DNA of 64,000 nucleotides from Planctomycetota bacterium (GCA_029259945.1 JAJDEF010000037.1:122169-186168), one strand, 5' to 3'; positions 9,314 through 18,906 are shown, counted from the stretch's first letter. Made by a program: numbers and translations. The notes: generated from the sequence alone by a model not told the origin.

Positions 9314-10145
9314 TTAGATGGTTGTTGGTAATAAACCCCGTAACAATTTGGTTCAAGGCTAGAACCGGCTCGAACGATGGCAGCGGGACGATGTTGGCTG
9401 CTTGATCGGCGCTGAATGCCGCCGTGATGCCGATCAGAAGGTACAGCACCAGCAGAATCCACCAGCAAAGGACGATTAACGGGGGTGGATCGAAACCGGC
9501 GGCATGCAGCACCAAGCCTAACAAGGCAATCACGCCGAGCAGCATCGCCGCGTTGTGCGTGCCACCCACCAATCGCACGAATCCCAGTGCAAGTGCTGCG
9601 GCAGTGAATGCGCCAAGGAGTTCTTTGAGCGAAAATGCGATGCGAAACGAAGGTTGCGCGGGGGGTGGATCAAAAGCGACTTCGCTGGTCGGCGGCATCG
9701 CGGCGTCTGGATCGCCATCTTCGTTAGCCCGTTGTGCCGCGATGCGGGCTTTCAACTCTTGTTTCTGACGCGCAAGTTCGATCTGCTGGCGGCGTTCTTG
9801 TCGGACGATAAACCACCAAGCCGACGCGACCGTGAGAGCGAAGGTGATGATCGTGCCGTTACAGGGCCCTGTGTACTTGAAGATGGTCATCGCCACCGAC
9901 AGCAGCGCGGTGACGATAAGCAAGTGGCGGATCGAAAAACGAAACTTCTTGAGATTGTCGAACTCGAACGGGTCGCTAGCATCTAACGAGCCATAGACTT
10001 CATTGATGTTAACCGCATCTTCGGCCTTGCGAGTTCGCTGTATCGTACGCCGACGTTCGTGTTCCAGGATTTCTGGATCGACCGGTTCGAGTTCTAACTC
10101 GAAATCATCGTCTTCGCTAGGCGTTGGTGGGTGTTCCGTCATCAT
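9285..10145 (-). CDS. Hypothetical multi-TM membrane protein with acidic N-terminus
   Basis: Two related units, FRFSIRHLLIV... and FSLKELLGAF..., each followed by TM helices and joined by a coiled coil. Confidence 0.75.
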   Translation of the reverse strand: MMTEHPPTPSEDDDFELELEPVDPEILEHERRRTIQRTRKAEDAVNINEVYGSLDASDPFEFDNLKKFRFSIRHLLIVTALLSVAMTIFKYTGPCNGTIITFALTVASAWWFIVRQERRQQIELARQKQELKARIAAQRANEDGDPDAAMPPTSEVAFDPPPAQPSFRIAFSLKELLGAFTAAALALGFVRLVGGTHNAAMLLGVIALLGLVLHAAGFDPPPLIVLCWWILLVLYLLIGITAAFSADQAANIVPLPSFEPVLALNQIVTGFITNNHLSSVCSVPLR

Positions 10146-10246
10146 TGTTTCTGCTTCGTAAGTGGCGTGGAAGTACTATGCCCATTGTCAGGGAAAGCTG
10201 GGTATGTTGCAATGTCTACTGTCCGTGACTTACGAAGAGATAAAAT

Positions 10247-11506
10247 ATGCGATTGTTAATGACGGCCGTGGGAAGCTATGGCGACGTTTATCCGATTGTC
10301 GGCTTAGGGGCTGCCATGCGCGGGCGAGGGCATCCGGTGACGGTCATCACGAATCCTCACTTTCAGCCGGTGGTCGAGGATGCCGGGCTTGAGTTTTTAC
10401 CGTTGGGAACGGCAGAAGAGTACCGCGAGCTGGCTCATCACTCCGACTTGTGGCATCCGATGCGAGGACCGTTGGTGATCGTTCGCGAGGGGGTAGAAAA
10501 AACCTTGCGACCAATCTACGAGCTGCTCGAAGAACACTATCGACCGGGCGAGACAGTGTTGGTTGCACCGGCTCTCGATTTAGCGAGTCGCGTGTTTCAA
10601 GAGAAACACGGGGCGCCCCTGGCGAGCGTTCACTTGGCACCGGTGGGGTTGAGAAGCGTCTATCAATCGTCACGTGTATATGGGTTGTGGATGAGTGATG
10701 CTGCGCCGCGCTGGTTGCGGCGGATTCAATATTGGGCCGCTGACAAATTTGGAATTGATCCGCTCGTGGGACCGATTCTGAATAAGCTGCGTGCCGAGTT
10801 GGGATTGCAACCTGTGTCGAGGATTATACGAGATTGGTATTTTTCGCCGCAGTTAGTGCTTGGGTTGTTTCCCAATTGGTTTGCGGCCGAACAACCCGAC
10901 TGGCCGCCGAATACTCGGTTGACCGGTTTTCCGTTATGGGATCAATCGTCCACCGTGGAATTGTCGGACGAGGTGTCTGAGTTTCTCGACGCGGGTGACC
11001 CGCCGATTGTCTTCGCACCCGGCTCGGCGATGACCAGTGGCGAAGAGATTTTTGCCACCGCCGCAGACGCCTGTGAGCGGCTAGGCCGGCGTGGCGTGTT
11101 GATGACCCGATACCCCGACCAATTGCCTAAGCATTTGCCTGCAGGAGTCCGGCATTTTGATTTTCTGCCGTTTAGCCAACTATTACCGCGAGCGGCGGCG
11201 CTGGTCCATCATGGCGGCATCGGGACAAGCGCCCAGGGCTTGGCCGCAGGAATCCCGCATTTGGTAATGCCCATGGCGTACGATCAATTCGACAACGCCG
11301 CTCGACTGCAACGTTTGGGGGTGGCATCGGTATTGCACCGATCAAAATTTCAGGGAGCGCGCGTAGCGAGAATGCTCGACGAACTGTTGTCGTCGAAGTC
11401 CACGCATGAAAACTGCCAACGATGGGCAGGCGGGACCGACAGAAAGGCGGCGCTGGCCGCTAGTTGTGAATTGCTAGAGGGGCTATTGCAGGATGCACAG
11501 ACATGA
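10247..11506 (+). CDS. GT1 family glycosyltransferase (RhlB/UGT-like)
   Basis: GSYGDVYP N-terminal motif; LVHHGGIGTSAQGLAAGIPHLVMPMAYDQFDNA UDP-sugar-binding box. Confidence 0.9.
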   Translation: MRLLMTAVGSYGDVYPIVGLGAAMRGRGHPVTVITNPHFQPVVEDAGLEFLPLGTAEEYRELAHHSDLWHPMRGPLVIVREGVEKTLRPIYELLEEHYRPGETVLVAPALDLASRVFQEKHGAPLASVHLAPVGLRSVYQSSRVYGLWMSDAAPRWLRRIQYWAADKFGIDPLVGPILNKLRAELGLQPVSRIIRDWYFSPQLVLGLFPNWFAAEQPDWPPNTRLTGFPLWDQSSTVELSDEVSEFLDAGDPPIVFAPGSAMTSGEEIFATAADACERLGRRGVLMTRYPDQLPKHLPAGVRHFDFLPFSQLLPRAAALVHHGGIGTSAQGLAAGIPHLVMPMAYDQFDNAARLQRLGVASVLHRSKFQGARVARMLDELLSSKSTHENCQRWAGGTDRKAALAASCELLEGLLQDAQT

Positions 11507-11527
11507 AGCGGTTCTGTATCTTTCCAG

Positions 11528-11700
11528 GACGACTGCGAAATCGGTACGATCAATCAAAAGACAGGAAGAAAGATTTACCACAGAGGACACAGAGCAGCAC
11601 AGAGTGCCTGGAAATAATCTTTCCTCAGTGTTCTCTGTACCCTCTGTGGTTCAGTTAATTTTGTTTCATTTCATGCACTTGTGACTTTGCAGTTCGCCTG
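11528..11700. mobile_element. MITE-like foldback element, copy 1
   Basis: About 170 bp that align in reverse complement to 33463-33630. Internal arms ACCACAGAGGACACAGAG / CTCTGTACCCTCTGTGGT; ends resemble ACTGCAAAGTCG. Confidence 0.75.
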
Positions 11701-11718
11701 TGTATCTTTCACAAAAAC

Positions 11719-11747
11719 TTGATCTCTCATCGTCTGAAGACTATGTT
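11719..11747 (+). promoter_or_regulatory. Possible sigma70-type promoter of the GNAT gene
   Basis: TTGATC-N17-TATGTT. Confidence 0.35.
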
Positions 11748-11793
11748 GCCGTCTCCTAGCCCAGCGAATAATAAGTTTTGCAGAAGGGATTAA

Positions 11794-12324
11794 ATGGAAA
11801 TTCAGCGTTACATTGAGCATGAAATAGGGCGCAGCTTAGAGACACAAATCACATCTCTAAGAAATGCCTGCTTCCCCGATTGCCAGCAAAAGAGGTCGTA
11901 CTTCAAGCAATTACCACACTTTAGATTTCTGGCCTTCAAAGATGGTGAGGTTGTTGGTCACCTTGGCATCGATCATCGAATGATGGCGTTCAACCATCTT
12001 TCCTATTCTGTGTTTGGAATTATTGACTTATGTGTACGAGAAGAGCACAGAAGCCAGGGTATTGGCAATAAGCTGCTTTCTGCCGCTGAAGAGTGCGCAA
12101 AAGACGCGGGTGTAAATGCGATGGTATTGCTTGCAAAAGATTCACGTTTGTATGAAAGATTCGGATTCGTGAGTATCGATGCTATTTGCCAATGGTTGAA
12201 AATCGATGAGCACACCAACTATGGCGTTGCTGTTGAAGAAATCGCCAATGAAGTGATGGTGAAGCCACTTTCTTCAGAATTTAAAGCCGATGGCCCCATC
12301 GATTTTCTTGGGTATATGTTTTGA
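11794..12324 (+). CDS. GNAT family N-acetyltransferase
   Basis: LCVREEHRSQGIGNKLL acetyl-CoA motif A; LYERFGF; AT-rich; AAGGGA RBS. Confidence 0.88.
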   Translation: MEIQRYIEHEIGRSLETQITSLRNACFPDCQQKRSYFKQLPHFRFLAFKDGEVVGHLGIDHRMMAFNHLSYSVFGIIDLCVREEHRSQGIGNKLLSAAEECAKDAGVNAMVLLAKDSRLYERFGFVSIDAICQWLKIDEHTNYGVAVEEIANEVMVKPLSSEFKADGPIDFLGYMF

Positions 12325-12363
12325 TGAAGCAGGTAGGATAGGCCAAAGCAAAGCAGCGGCTCA

Positions 12364-12399
12364 GCGACCCTGGGCTTTGTTGTTGAATGCCTTCGGCAT
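12364..12399. repeat. Partial CCCTGGG-type REP-like repeat
   Basis: GCGACCCTGGGCT...TGCCTTCGGCA parallels ACCCTGGGCT...CCCCTTCGGGG at 17528-17560. Confidence 0.5.
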
Positions 12400-12749
12400 G
12401 TTCAGTAGCGCAGCTGCGCTAGCGCTTGTTCTGGCTTGAATTTCACCTACCGATACGGGGCTCTCGAATTCTTCGTGGTGAGTGAACCTCTCGACGTACG
12501 GTTTCGCTCAATGCATGGCCATTGAACCGGCAGAGCACCAGTCCTGCATATTAGCCAACAGAGAAATCTTGCGAAGCGGATGGGAACGCTCTGTTGCAAA
12601 ATTGATGCAATTCCTTGTTCTATTTACAAGACTGTGCGTTTTCGCACGGGTAGCTATCAGTCGGATCTCACCATTTTCCCTGTTGATCACACATAGGCTC
12701 AACTTTGCTTTTGCTGCCTACCGATGTCGTCAGCAGCTGGCCCACCCAC

Positions 12750-12771
12750 GGGACATGACTGGGACATGACT
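12750..12771 (+). promoter_or_regulatory. Perfect 11-bp tandem direct repeat (GGGACATGACT)x2
   Basis: Seen directly, 66 bp upstream of the beta-barrel gene start. Confidence 0.4.
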
Positions 12772-12837
12772 CTGCGGGCTGCCTGAAGATCAAACCCACC
12801 TTCCTTCTGCGCAACCTCGCGGGGAGAATCCAGTCCT

Positions 12838-14115
12838 ATGCTGTACTCCGTATGCAAATGGTCATTTAGAACTTTATTCGTCCTGGCAAGTTGTACCGTC
12901 TATGGTCAAACCGGCTGGAATGAAGCACCCACGCCGCTAGAATCCTTGCCTGTGGAGACAAACTGGAATACTGGGCCACAAAATACCGGAGTACAGTACA
13001 CAGCTACGGTACCATCTGTGCCTGGGTCTTACTCTTCGAATTGGATGCCGACTGACAATAGGTTGCCATGCCGTGCTCCAGAAAACTTCTCGCAGAACTG
13101 TCCACCAGCTTGTGCCATTGCGACACCCTGCCGGTTGACTAGTCCGTGGTACTTTTCGGCTGCTGGGCTCTACCTAGGACGCGACCAACCCAACCGCGTC
13201 TGGACCACTTACGAGAATAACAACAATGCCAACCAACTGATGAACACGCAAGATACCGACCCGGGCTGGGAAGGTGGTGCCGATCTTCGTCTCGGTCGTT
13301 ATTTCGCATGCAAACGCTGGGCACTGGAATTGGGCTATTGGTCGGTGAACAACTTTGAAGCCAATTCAAGCCGAACCCACGCCAACGGCGTCAGCTCGCC
13401 CCTGCAGTTCAACGATCTCGAATTCGGCGTCGGTGATCCGGTCGTGGATTACTTCGACGGCGCGACGGAGCATCGGCTTTCGCGCACCAATGAGCTGCAT
13501 AACGTCGAGCTGAACATCATTGAAGGCAATGCCCAAACTAACAACTGCAACCCTTGGTCACACCAAATGTTGGTCGGCGTGCGGTATTTCAAATTCGACG
13601 AAGATCTCACCTTCGACACGCTTGACCAGGGGGGGGCCTGGGGCGGCAACGGCGGGCGCGACGAAGTTCGTTTAAGCGACTCCATCAGCAACGACCTGAT
13701 CGGCGTCCAAATCGGGTGCTTATTCCAACGGCAAATTGGTTGCCGGGCGAATTTCTTCATTACGCCTAAACTCGGCGTCTACAACAATCGCATTGAACAT
13801 CGCTTCGATCTGCGCCGCGGCGACGGCGCAGCTGCCATGCCCTCGGCACTTAGCAACGTCAATGGTAGCTATCCCGTAGAGTCGAGCACCGATGTTGTCT
13901 CCTTCCTTTCGGAAGCCAACATCGGCATACAGTACCAGTTGTCAAGCCGATGGACTCTCTTCGGGGGCTACCGAGTTGTCGTCCTTACCAATGCGGGACT
14001 TGCTGACAACCAAATCCCGCAGTTCATCGTCGACATCCCCGAAATTGCTAACATCGACACGAATGGAAGCCTTGTTTTGCAAGGTACCTTCTTCGGTCTA
14101 TCTTGTTCACTGTAA
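12838..14115 (+). CDS. Planctomycete outer-membrane beta-barrel protein (BBP7-like)
   Basis: N-terminal signal-like segment, Pro/Cys-rich linker, alternating beta-strands, GVRYFKFDE, SNDLIGVQIG, GYRVVVLTNAGLADNQIP, C-terminal beta-signal-like end. Confidence 0.8.
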   Translation: MLYSVCKWSFRTLFVLASCTVYGQTGWNEAPTPLESLPVETNWNTGPQNTGVQYTATVPSVPGSYSSNWMPTDNRLPCRAPENFSQNCPPACAIATPCRLTSPWYFSAAGLYLGRDQPNRVWTTYENNNNANQLMNTQDTDPGWEGGADLRLGRYFACKRWALELGYWSVNNFEANSSRTHANGVSSPLQFNDLEFGVGDPVVDYFDGATEHRLSRTNELHNVELNIIEGNAQTNNCNPWSHQMLVGVRYFKFDEDLTFDTLDQGGAWGGNGGRDEVRLSDSISNDLIGVQIGCLFQRQIGCRANFFITPKLGVYNNRIEHRFDLRRGDGAAAMPSALSNVNGSYPVESSTDVVSFLSEANIGIQYQLSSRWTLFGGYRVVVLTNAGLADNQIPQFIVDIPEIANIDTNGSLVLQGTFFGLSCSL

Positions 14116-14190
14116 CGCTTCTACTCGCAGCGATGCTGAAAGCGAACTCACCTCGTGGGTGAACCACCCACCCCTCGTCTCCTGCCCATT

Positions 14191-14236
14191 AAAAAATCCC
14201 GGCCTCGGCTGCGTGCCGAGGTCGGGATGGTTTTTT
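14191..14236. terminator. Bidirectional intrinsic terminator between the convergent beta-barrel gene and pnp
   Basis: AAAAAA-TCCCGGCCTCGGC-loop-GCCGAGGTCGGGA-TGG-TTTTTT. Confidence 0.75.
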
Positions 14237-14258
14237 ATTCACGGTTTTATACGTGGTG

Positions 14259-16391
14259 TTACGAAGCGGTGTCGGCAGTTTTGCTGTCGGAGGGTTCTTC
14301 TTCGCCTAGCTCTTGCATCGCCACTTTGCGGCTCAGCTTAACGCGATCTTGCTCGTCGACGGCGATGACTTTCACTTTCATCTCGTCGCCTACCGAGCAA
14401 ATGTCGCTGACGCTGCCGACATATTCGTTCGACAGCTCGCTGATGTGGCATAGGCCGTCTCGTCCTGGCAGGATTTCGACGAAGGCACCAAAGTCTTTCA
14501 CGCTGGTGACGGTGCCGTCGTATATCTTGCCAACTTGGACGCTTGCGGTCAGGGCATCGACGCGAGCCAAGCCCGCCTCGGCACACTCTTGGTCGGCCGC
14601 AGCGACGGTCACGGTGCCGTCTTCTTGAACATCGATCGTGCAGCCCACTTCCTCCTGAATGCTGCGGATCATCTTGCCACCAGGGCCGATCAACAGACCA
14701 ATCTTCTCGGGATTGATCTTGGTGCGAAGCAGTCGCGGTGCGCTTTCCGAAGTCGTATCGCGTGGCCGTGGGATGGCGGTCAACATGCTACGCAAAATTT
14801 CCAACCGTGCTTCCTTCGACTGGGCAAGGGTCGCTCGAATAATTTCTTCGCTGATGCCGTTGATCTTAAGATCGAGCTGGATGCCGGTGATCCCGTTTTG
14901 GGTGCCGGCGATCTTAAAGTCCATGTCGCCGAAGTGGTCTTCGTTGCCAATGATGTCGGTCAACAAGGTCCAATCGTCGCCCTCTTTGACCAAACCGACC
15001 GAAATACCGGCAACCGGATTGGTGATCGGTACGCCAGCCGCCATCAGGCCGAGGGTTGCGCCACAGACGCTTGCCATCGAGCTGGAGCCGTTCGACTCGA
15101 GGATATCGGAAATCACACGAATGGTGTAAGGGAACGTATCATGATCGGGCAGAACTGGGTTGACGCTTCGCTCGGCCAAGGCTCCGTGACCAATCTCGCG
15201 ACGTCCTGGGCCTCGAATCGGTCGGCACTCGCCCACCGAGAACGAAGGGAAGTTGTAATCGAGCATGAATCGCTTGGAGTACTCGTCAAACAACCCGTCG
15301 ACACGTTGCTCGTCGCGGCCGGTGCCTAGGCAAACGGTAATGAGTGCCTGGGTTTCGCCACGTTGGAACAAGGACGAACCATGGACGCGAGGCAAAAGAT
15401 CGACTTCGCAATGGATGTCTCGCAATTCGTTGCTAGTACGGCCATCGGAACGCACCCCGGCGAGAATCTGCTCGCGAAGCACTTTTTCTTCGAGGTCGTG
15501 CCAAGCTTTGCGGAACGAGCTGACGGTATAAGCACCTTCGGCCTCTTCGTCGGGGATCAAATCTTCTTGCGCTTGCGTGCGTAAAACTTTGACCGCATCG
15601 TCTTTGGCGTGCTTGCCTTCGGTCTTGTAGGCCTCTTTGAATTGCGACTCGAAACGCTCGACGACAATATCAAACAAGCCATCGGACACGGGCGGAGTGA
15701 CTTCGATCTTGGGAGTGCCGACCTTGTCGATCAACTCTTGCTGGAGATCGCAGACTTCGCAGATGACTTTGTGGGCTTCCATGATGGCTTGGGCCATCTC
15801 GTCTTCGGGCATCTCGCGAGAGAACCCTTCGATCATCAACACCGCTTCTTTGGTGCCCGAGACAATAAGGTCGAGAGTGCTGACCTCAAGATCGTCTTGC
15901 GTGGGGAAGGCAATAAACTTGCCGTCGACGCAGCCCATGCGAACCGAAGCGAGAGGGCCCAGGAACGGCAGCGGTGAAATTCCTAGTGCGGCACAGGCAC
16001 CGTTCATGGCCAACACGTCGGCATCGGTCTGCTTGTCGCTGGCCATCACAAAGTTCTGAATCTGAACTTCGTCGTTGAAGCCCGGAGCGAACATGGGACG
16101 AATGGGACGATCGATCAGGCGAGCGGTGAGCGTCTCTTTGGTGGTCGGACGCCCTTCTCGCTTGAGAAATCCACCTGGGAACTTACCCGCGGCAGCAGTT
16201 CGCTCGCGGTAGTCACACATCAGGGGGAAAAAGTCGATGCCCGGTCGAGGGCTTCCAGTAGCGACCGCACTAAGAACCGTGGTGTCGCCGTATTGTACGA
16301 GGCAGGAGCCTGCCGCTTGTTTTGCCAGTGTGCCCGTCTCGATGGAGAAGAGGGCATTTCCGATTTTTCTTTCTACGCGAATTTTTTTCAC
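14259..16391 (-). CDS. pnp: Polyribonucleotide nucleotidyltransferase (PNPase)
   Basis: DFFPLMCDYRE, FLKREGRP, RREIGHG, ESNGSSSMASVC, GDMDFK motifs, then KH and S1 domains; follows rpsO. Confidence 0.98.
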   Translation of the reverse strand: MKKIRVERKIGNALFSIETGTLAKQAAGSCLVQYGDTTVLSAVATGSPRPGIDFFPLMCDYRERTAAAGKFPGGFLKREGRPTTKETLTARLIDRPIRPMFAPGFNDEVQIQNFVMASDKQTDADVLAMNGACAALGISPLPFLGPLASVRMGCVDGKFIAFPTQDDLEVSTLDLIVSGTKEAVLMIEGFSREMPEDEMAQAIMEAHKVICEVCDLQQELIDKVGTPKIEVTPPVSDGLFDIVVERFESQFKEAYKTEGKHAKDDAVKVLRTQAQEDLIPDEEAEGAYTVSSFRKAWHDLEEKVLREQILAGVRSDGRTSNELRDIHCEVDLLPRVHGSSLFQRGETQALITVCLGTGRDEQRVDGLFDEYSKRFMLDYNFPSFSVGECRPIRGPGRREIGHGALAERSVNPVLPDHDTFPYTIRVISDILESNGSSSMASVCGATLGLMAAGVPITNPVAGISVGLVKEGDDWTLLTDIIGNEDHFGDMDFKIAGTQNGITGIQLDLKINGISEEIIRATLAQSKEARLEILRSMLTAIPRPRDTTSESAPRLLRTKINPEKIGLLIGPGGKMIRSIQEEVGCTIDVQEDGTVTVAAADQECAEAGLARVDALTASVQVGKIYDGTVTSVKDFGAFVEILPGRDGLCHISELSNEYVGSVSDICSVGDEMKVKVIAVDEQDRVKLSRKVAMQELGEEEPSDSKTADTAS

Positions 16392-16655
16392 TTTTCCGAT
16401 TCCTACATTGGGTTAGAAGTCGTAACGACCGAGAAGACAGCGGTTGCAACAACGCAACCAAATTCTACTGCCACTTAGAAAACAAGGGCCACTCGAAGCA
16501 TGACGATGCACCGAGAGCGGGATGTTTTCGACTCGCCTAGAGATATGGCTCGTCATGGCAAGCGAAACACGCTTGACGATGAAAATTTGCAAGCGAGCAA
16601 GAGAACCGACGTCCGCTTGCAATCTTTCGAGGGCGAAGCGACCGGCGCAACGTTG

Positions 16656-16925
16656 CTACTTGCGGATTTCCAAACGACGCAACAGATCGAGATACAGCTG
16701 AGGGCTCTTGCGTTTCACATAATCCAAAAGACGTCGGCGCCGACTAACCATACGCAACAAACCGCGTCGGCTCGAAAAATCTTTCTTGTGAGTCTGCAAA
16801 TGGCCGGTCATCTCGGCAATGCGAGTGGTCAGGATCGAAATCTGGACTTCTGGCGACCCCGTGTCTTTGGCATCGCGTCCGAACTCACCAACCAATTCTT
16901 GCTTACGTTCTTTTGTGACCGACAT
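16656..16925 (-). CDS. rpsO: 30S ribosomal protein S15
   Basis: [33 protein letters not shown]. Confidence 0.98.
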   Translation of the reverse strand: MSVTKERKQELVGEFGRDAKDTGSPEVQISILTTRIAEMTGHLQTHKKDFSSRRGLLRMVSRRRRLLDYVKRKSPQLYLDLLRRLEIRK

Positions 16926-17244
16926 TATTTCCCGCTTCTGTACTGATCGCTTGCATGTCTGGGACGGTTGAGACTGGACGCATGCCGAACGGGCAAACGA
17001 GAATCTCGGTGAGCTTCACTCCGTGACCAGCTGCTACGACTCTTCCTACAAAACTAACAGTGTTTACGATTAACTACGAACCCTCCAATTTAGCAATCTA
17101 TTGGTGCTCCGCAACCGCAATTGGGGGCTTCAGGAAGCTCATAGAGTCCCTTCGGCCATCCCGATCGCAGAAAATCGGGGCTTTTGCTACTAATAACCGC
17201 ATAACCCCCATTGTGGTAACCCGTTAGCAGCTATCCAGGTACCT

Positions 17245-17663
17245 GTAGGGAACGCCCTCTGTGGCGTTCCGCCGTGTACCGTTCACCTGTTGGTCTATAC
17301 ACAAGTGTGCGTGTTGGCTCTTCCGGCCCAACGGGCCAGGCCTATGTCAGCCCAGGGTGTAGCAAATAGGAGCGAAAGTGACTATTTGCGTAACCCTGGG
17401 TAACCAACCAATCCGAGGCCAAACCCCCAAGGGGTGATCCTAACAGCGAGACGCTAGGGCCACCCTTTCAGGGTTTTGTTGGATGGTATCATCGAACCCA
17501 GGGTTGCGACCGCCTGCGGCGGACTCCACCCTGGGCTGATTTAGGATCTCCCCTTCGGGGTTGAGACGCCAACGGCGTCGGATCATCTAACGAAATGTCA
17601 TGAGCAACTCGTGTATAAAGGGTGTACCGTTCAAACGGAACGGCACGGAGGCACGTTCCCTAC
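17245..17663. repeat. Inverted pair of GTAG-type REP sequences (17245-17271 and 17636-17663)
   Basis: GTAGGGAACGCCCTCTGTGGCGTTCCG ... CGGAACGGCACGGAGGCACGTTCCCTAC; both also sit next to GTGTACCGTTCA. Confidence 0.7.
17325..17560. repeat. Composite CCCAGGG/CCCTGGG palindromic repeat nested inside the REP pair
   Basis: GGCCCAACGGGCC, AGCCCAGGG...CCCTGGG twice, CCCCAAGGGG, CCCTTTCAGGG and CCCCTTCGGGG hairpins. Confidence 0.65.
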
Positions 17664-17683
17664 ACAGGTAAGGGGACAGGCTC

Positions 17684-17806
17684 TTAGTGGCCCTCTCGTC
17701 GCCGGAAAGTCGACATCTCGATCCCCTGCCCGCCCGCGCCAAACCGTGGCGGATGCAGTACCTCGATTTCGATCTCTGGATTAGCGGTTCGTAGTCGGTC
17801 ATGCAT
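17684..17806 (-). pseudogene. comEC: Remnant of a comEC 3' end with an internal deletion
   Basis: Translates as MHDRLRTANPEIEIEVLHPPRFGAGG-QGIEMSTFRRREGH*, versus ComEC MNDRLRTANPDIEIEVLHPPRFGVGG...QRGIEMSTFRQVDH*. The first 78 bp carry 11 differences, 8 of them synonymous. Confidence 0.8.
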
Positions 17807-17895
17807 CTCAAAAGCTGCAGCTATAGGCCATTACACACTAAATCGCTAATTTTCCAGCCAGATTACGGAGTTCAGCCTTTTCACGGGCTTTTTAT

Positions 17896-17924
17896 TTGAC
17901 AGCAAGTCGCTTACTCGGTACAGT
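17896..17924 (+). promoter_or_regulatory. Sigma70-type promoter
   Basis: TTGACA-N17-TACAGT with an AT-rich upstream element. Confidence 0.55.
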
Positions 17925-17927
17925 CAA

Positions 17928-18083
17928 GACAGTTACGAGCTTTTAGCAACGTTACTAAACACAAGAGATACGAACCACTGCAAGACGTTAACAAAGGGAT
18001 CTTTCTTCAACTTGATTGAGGGGGATCCCTTTTTTTGTTGCTCAAGCAGCGTTGCCTCTTGGTTGTCTCTTGCGTTCGCTGTC
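17928..18083 (+). ncRNA. Candidate structured RNA or leader (rod-like hairpin containing a terminator-like stem)
   Basis: Nested pairings GACAG/CTGTC, CAAGAGA/TCTCTTG, AACCA/TGGTT, GCAA/TTGC, AAAGGGATC/GATCCCTTT, with a T7 run at 18030-18036; begins just after the promoter. Confidence 0.35.
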
Positions 18084-18196
18084 GGAAATTAGGTGATGTG
18101 ATGCAGAATCGAAAAACAAAGCCGAAATCGTCCCTGTCAGGACTAACTAACCAGATGTCACCTGCTTAGATAACTCGTAATAACAAGGTTGCCATC

Positions 18197-18841
18197 ATGA
18201 ATCAACGATTTTTCTTTTTGAATTTAACGGCCGTCGCGATTCTTGCCGCAACGGCTACGGTTGCGTCTGCCCAGCAGACGGTTACGTTTGTAGAAAACAT
18301 AGCGGATCCCGCCCTTGCAGGCCTTGGTGCTGGTGGTTACGTCGATATTTTCTACACCCAGTCTCCAGGCGCTGAGTACCTCAACCACGATCTCATTGTC
18401 AATCCAACGGCAGGAGGCATCTTGGATCCAATTCGTGGGGTCGGGGGCGGACAGGCTGATGGGACGGGGACTGCGGTAGATACCTGGTCACACACGGTCT
18501 TTGAGTTGTTTGTACCCAACAGTAGCTCTTATGTGTTTACCACCTATGATCCGGTTGGGAGTTTCCCAACTTTCATAGGCGATCCTCTCCCGGCGACATC
18601 TTTGAATTGGTCTGTCTTTGACACTAATAAGCTCGACACCGATGTGCTGGCTCCCTACCATCTGGCGAGAGTTTTGTACTCAGCGGGTGGCGTCGGTACG
18701 ATTGATTTCCAGGTGTTTGACACGGTAACGGTTAGTACGGGTGGCGAGTTGTTCTCGACCATTTACCGGGCCCCCGAACCTACCACCCTCGCACTGGCCG
18801 CTATGGGGCTCTGCGGCTTACTGACCCGTCGACGCAGGTGA
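18197..18841 (+). CDS. PEP-CTERM sorting-domain surface protein, copy 1
   Basis: Signal peptide (…VASAQ); C-terminal APEPTTLALAAMGLCGLLTRRRR. Confidence 0.9.
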   Translation: MNQRFFFLNLTAVAILAATATVASAQQTVTFVENIADPALAGLGAGGYVDIFYTQSPGAEYLNHDLIVNPTAGGILDPIRGVGGGQADGTGTAVDTWSHTVFELFVPNSSSYVFTTYDPVGSFPTFIGDPLPATSLNWSVFDTNKLDTDVLAPYHLARVLYSAGGVGTIDFQVFDTVTVSTGGELFSTIYRAPEPTTLALAAMGLCGLLTRRRR

Positions 18842-18906
18842 ATTTTCTAGTACGGTGAAAACCAGATGTCACCTGTTTGATGACTCGTAATAACAAGGAC
18901 GCCATT

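Noticed and set aside
16926-17060. rpsO (S15) autoregulatory leader RNA
   Set aside because: Some hairpin potential and the expected location, but I could not match a known S15-leader consensus by eye; needs an Infernal search.
17587-17811. 74-aa ORF from the track as a real gene
   Set aside because: It is an off-frame reading of the comEC remnant, mirroring shadow ORF 19709-20023, and runs into REP sequence.
6587-18143. Shared CCTGTCAGGAC at 6589-6599 and 18133-18143
   Set aside because: 11-bp matches are expected many times by chance in 64 kb, and there is no further shared context.
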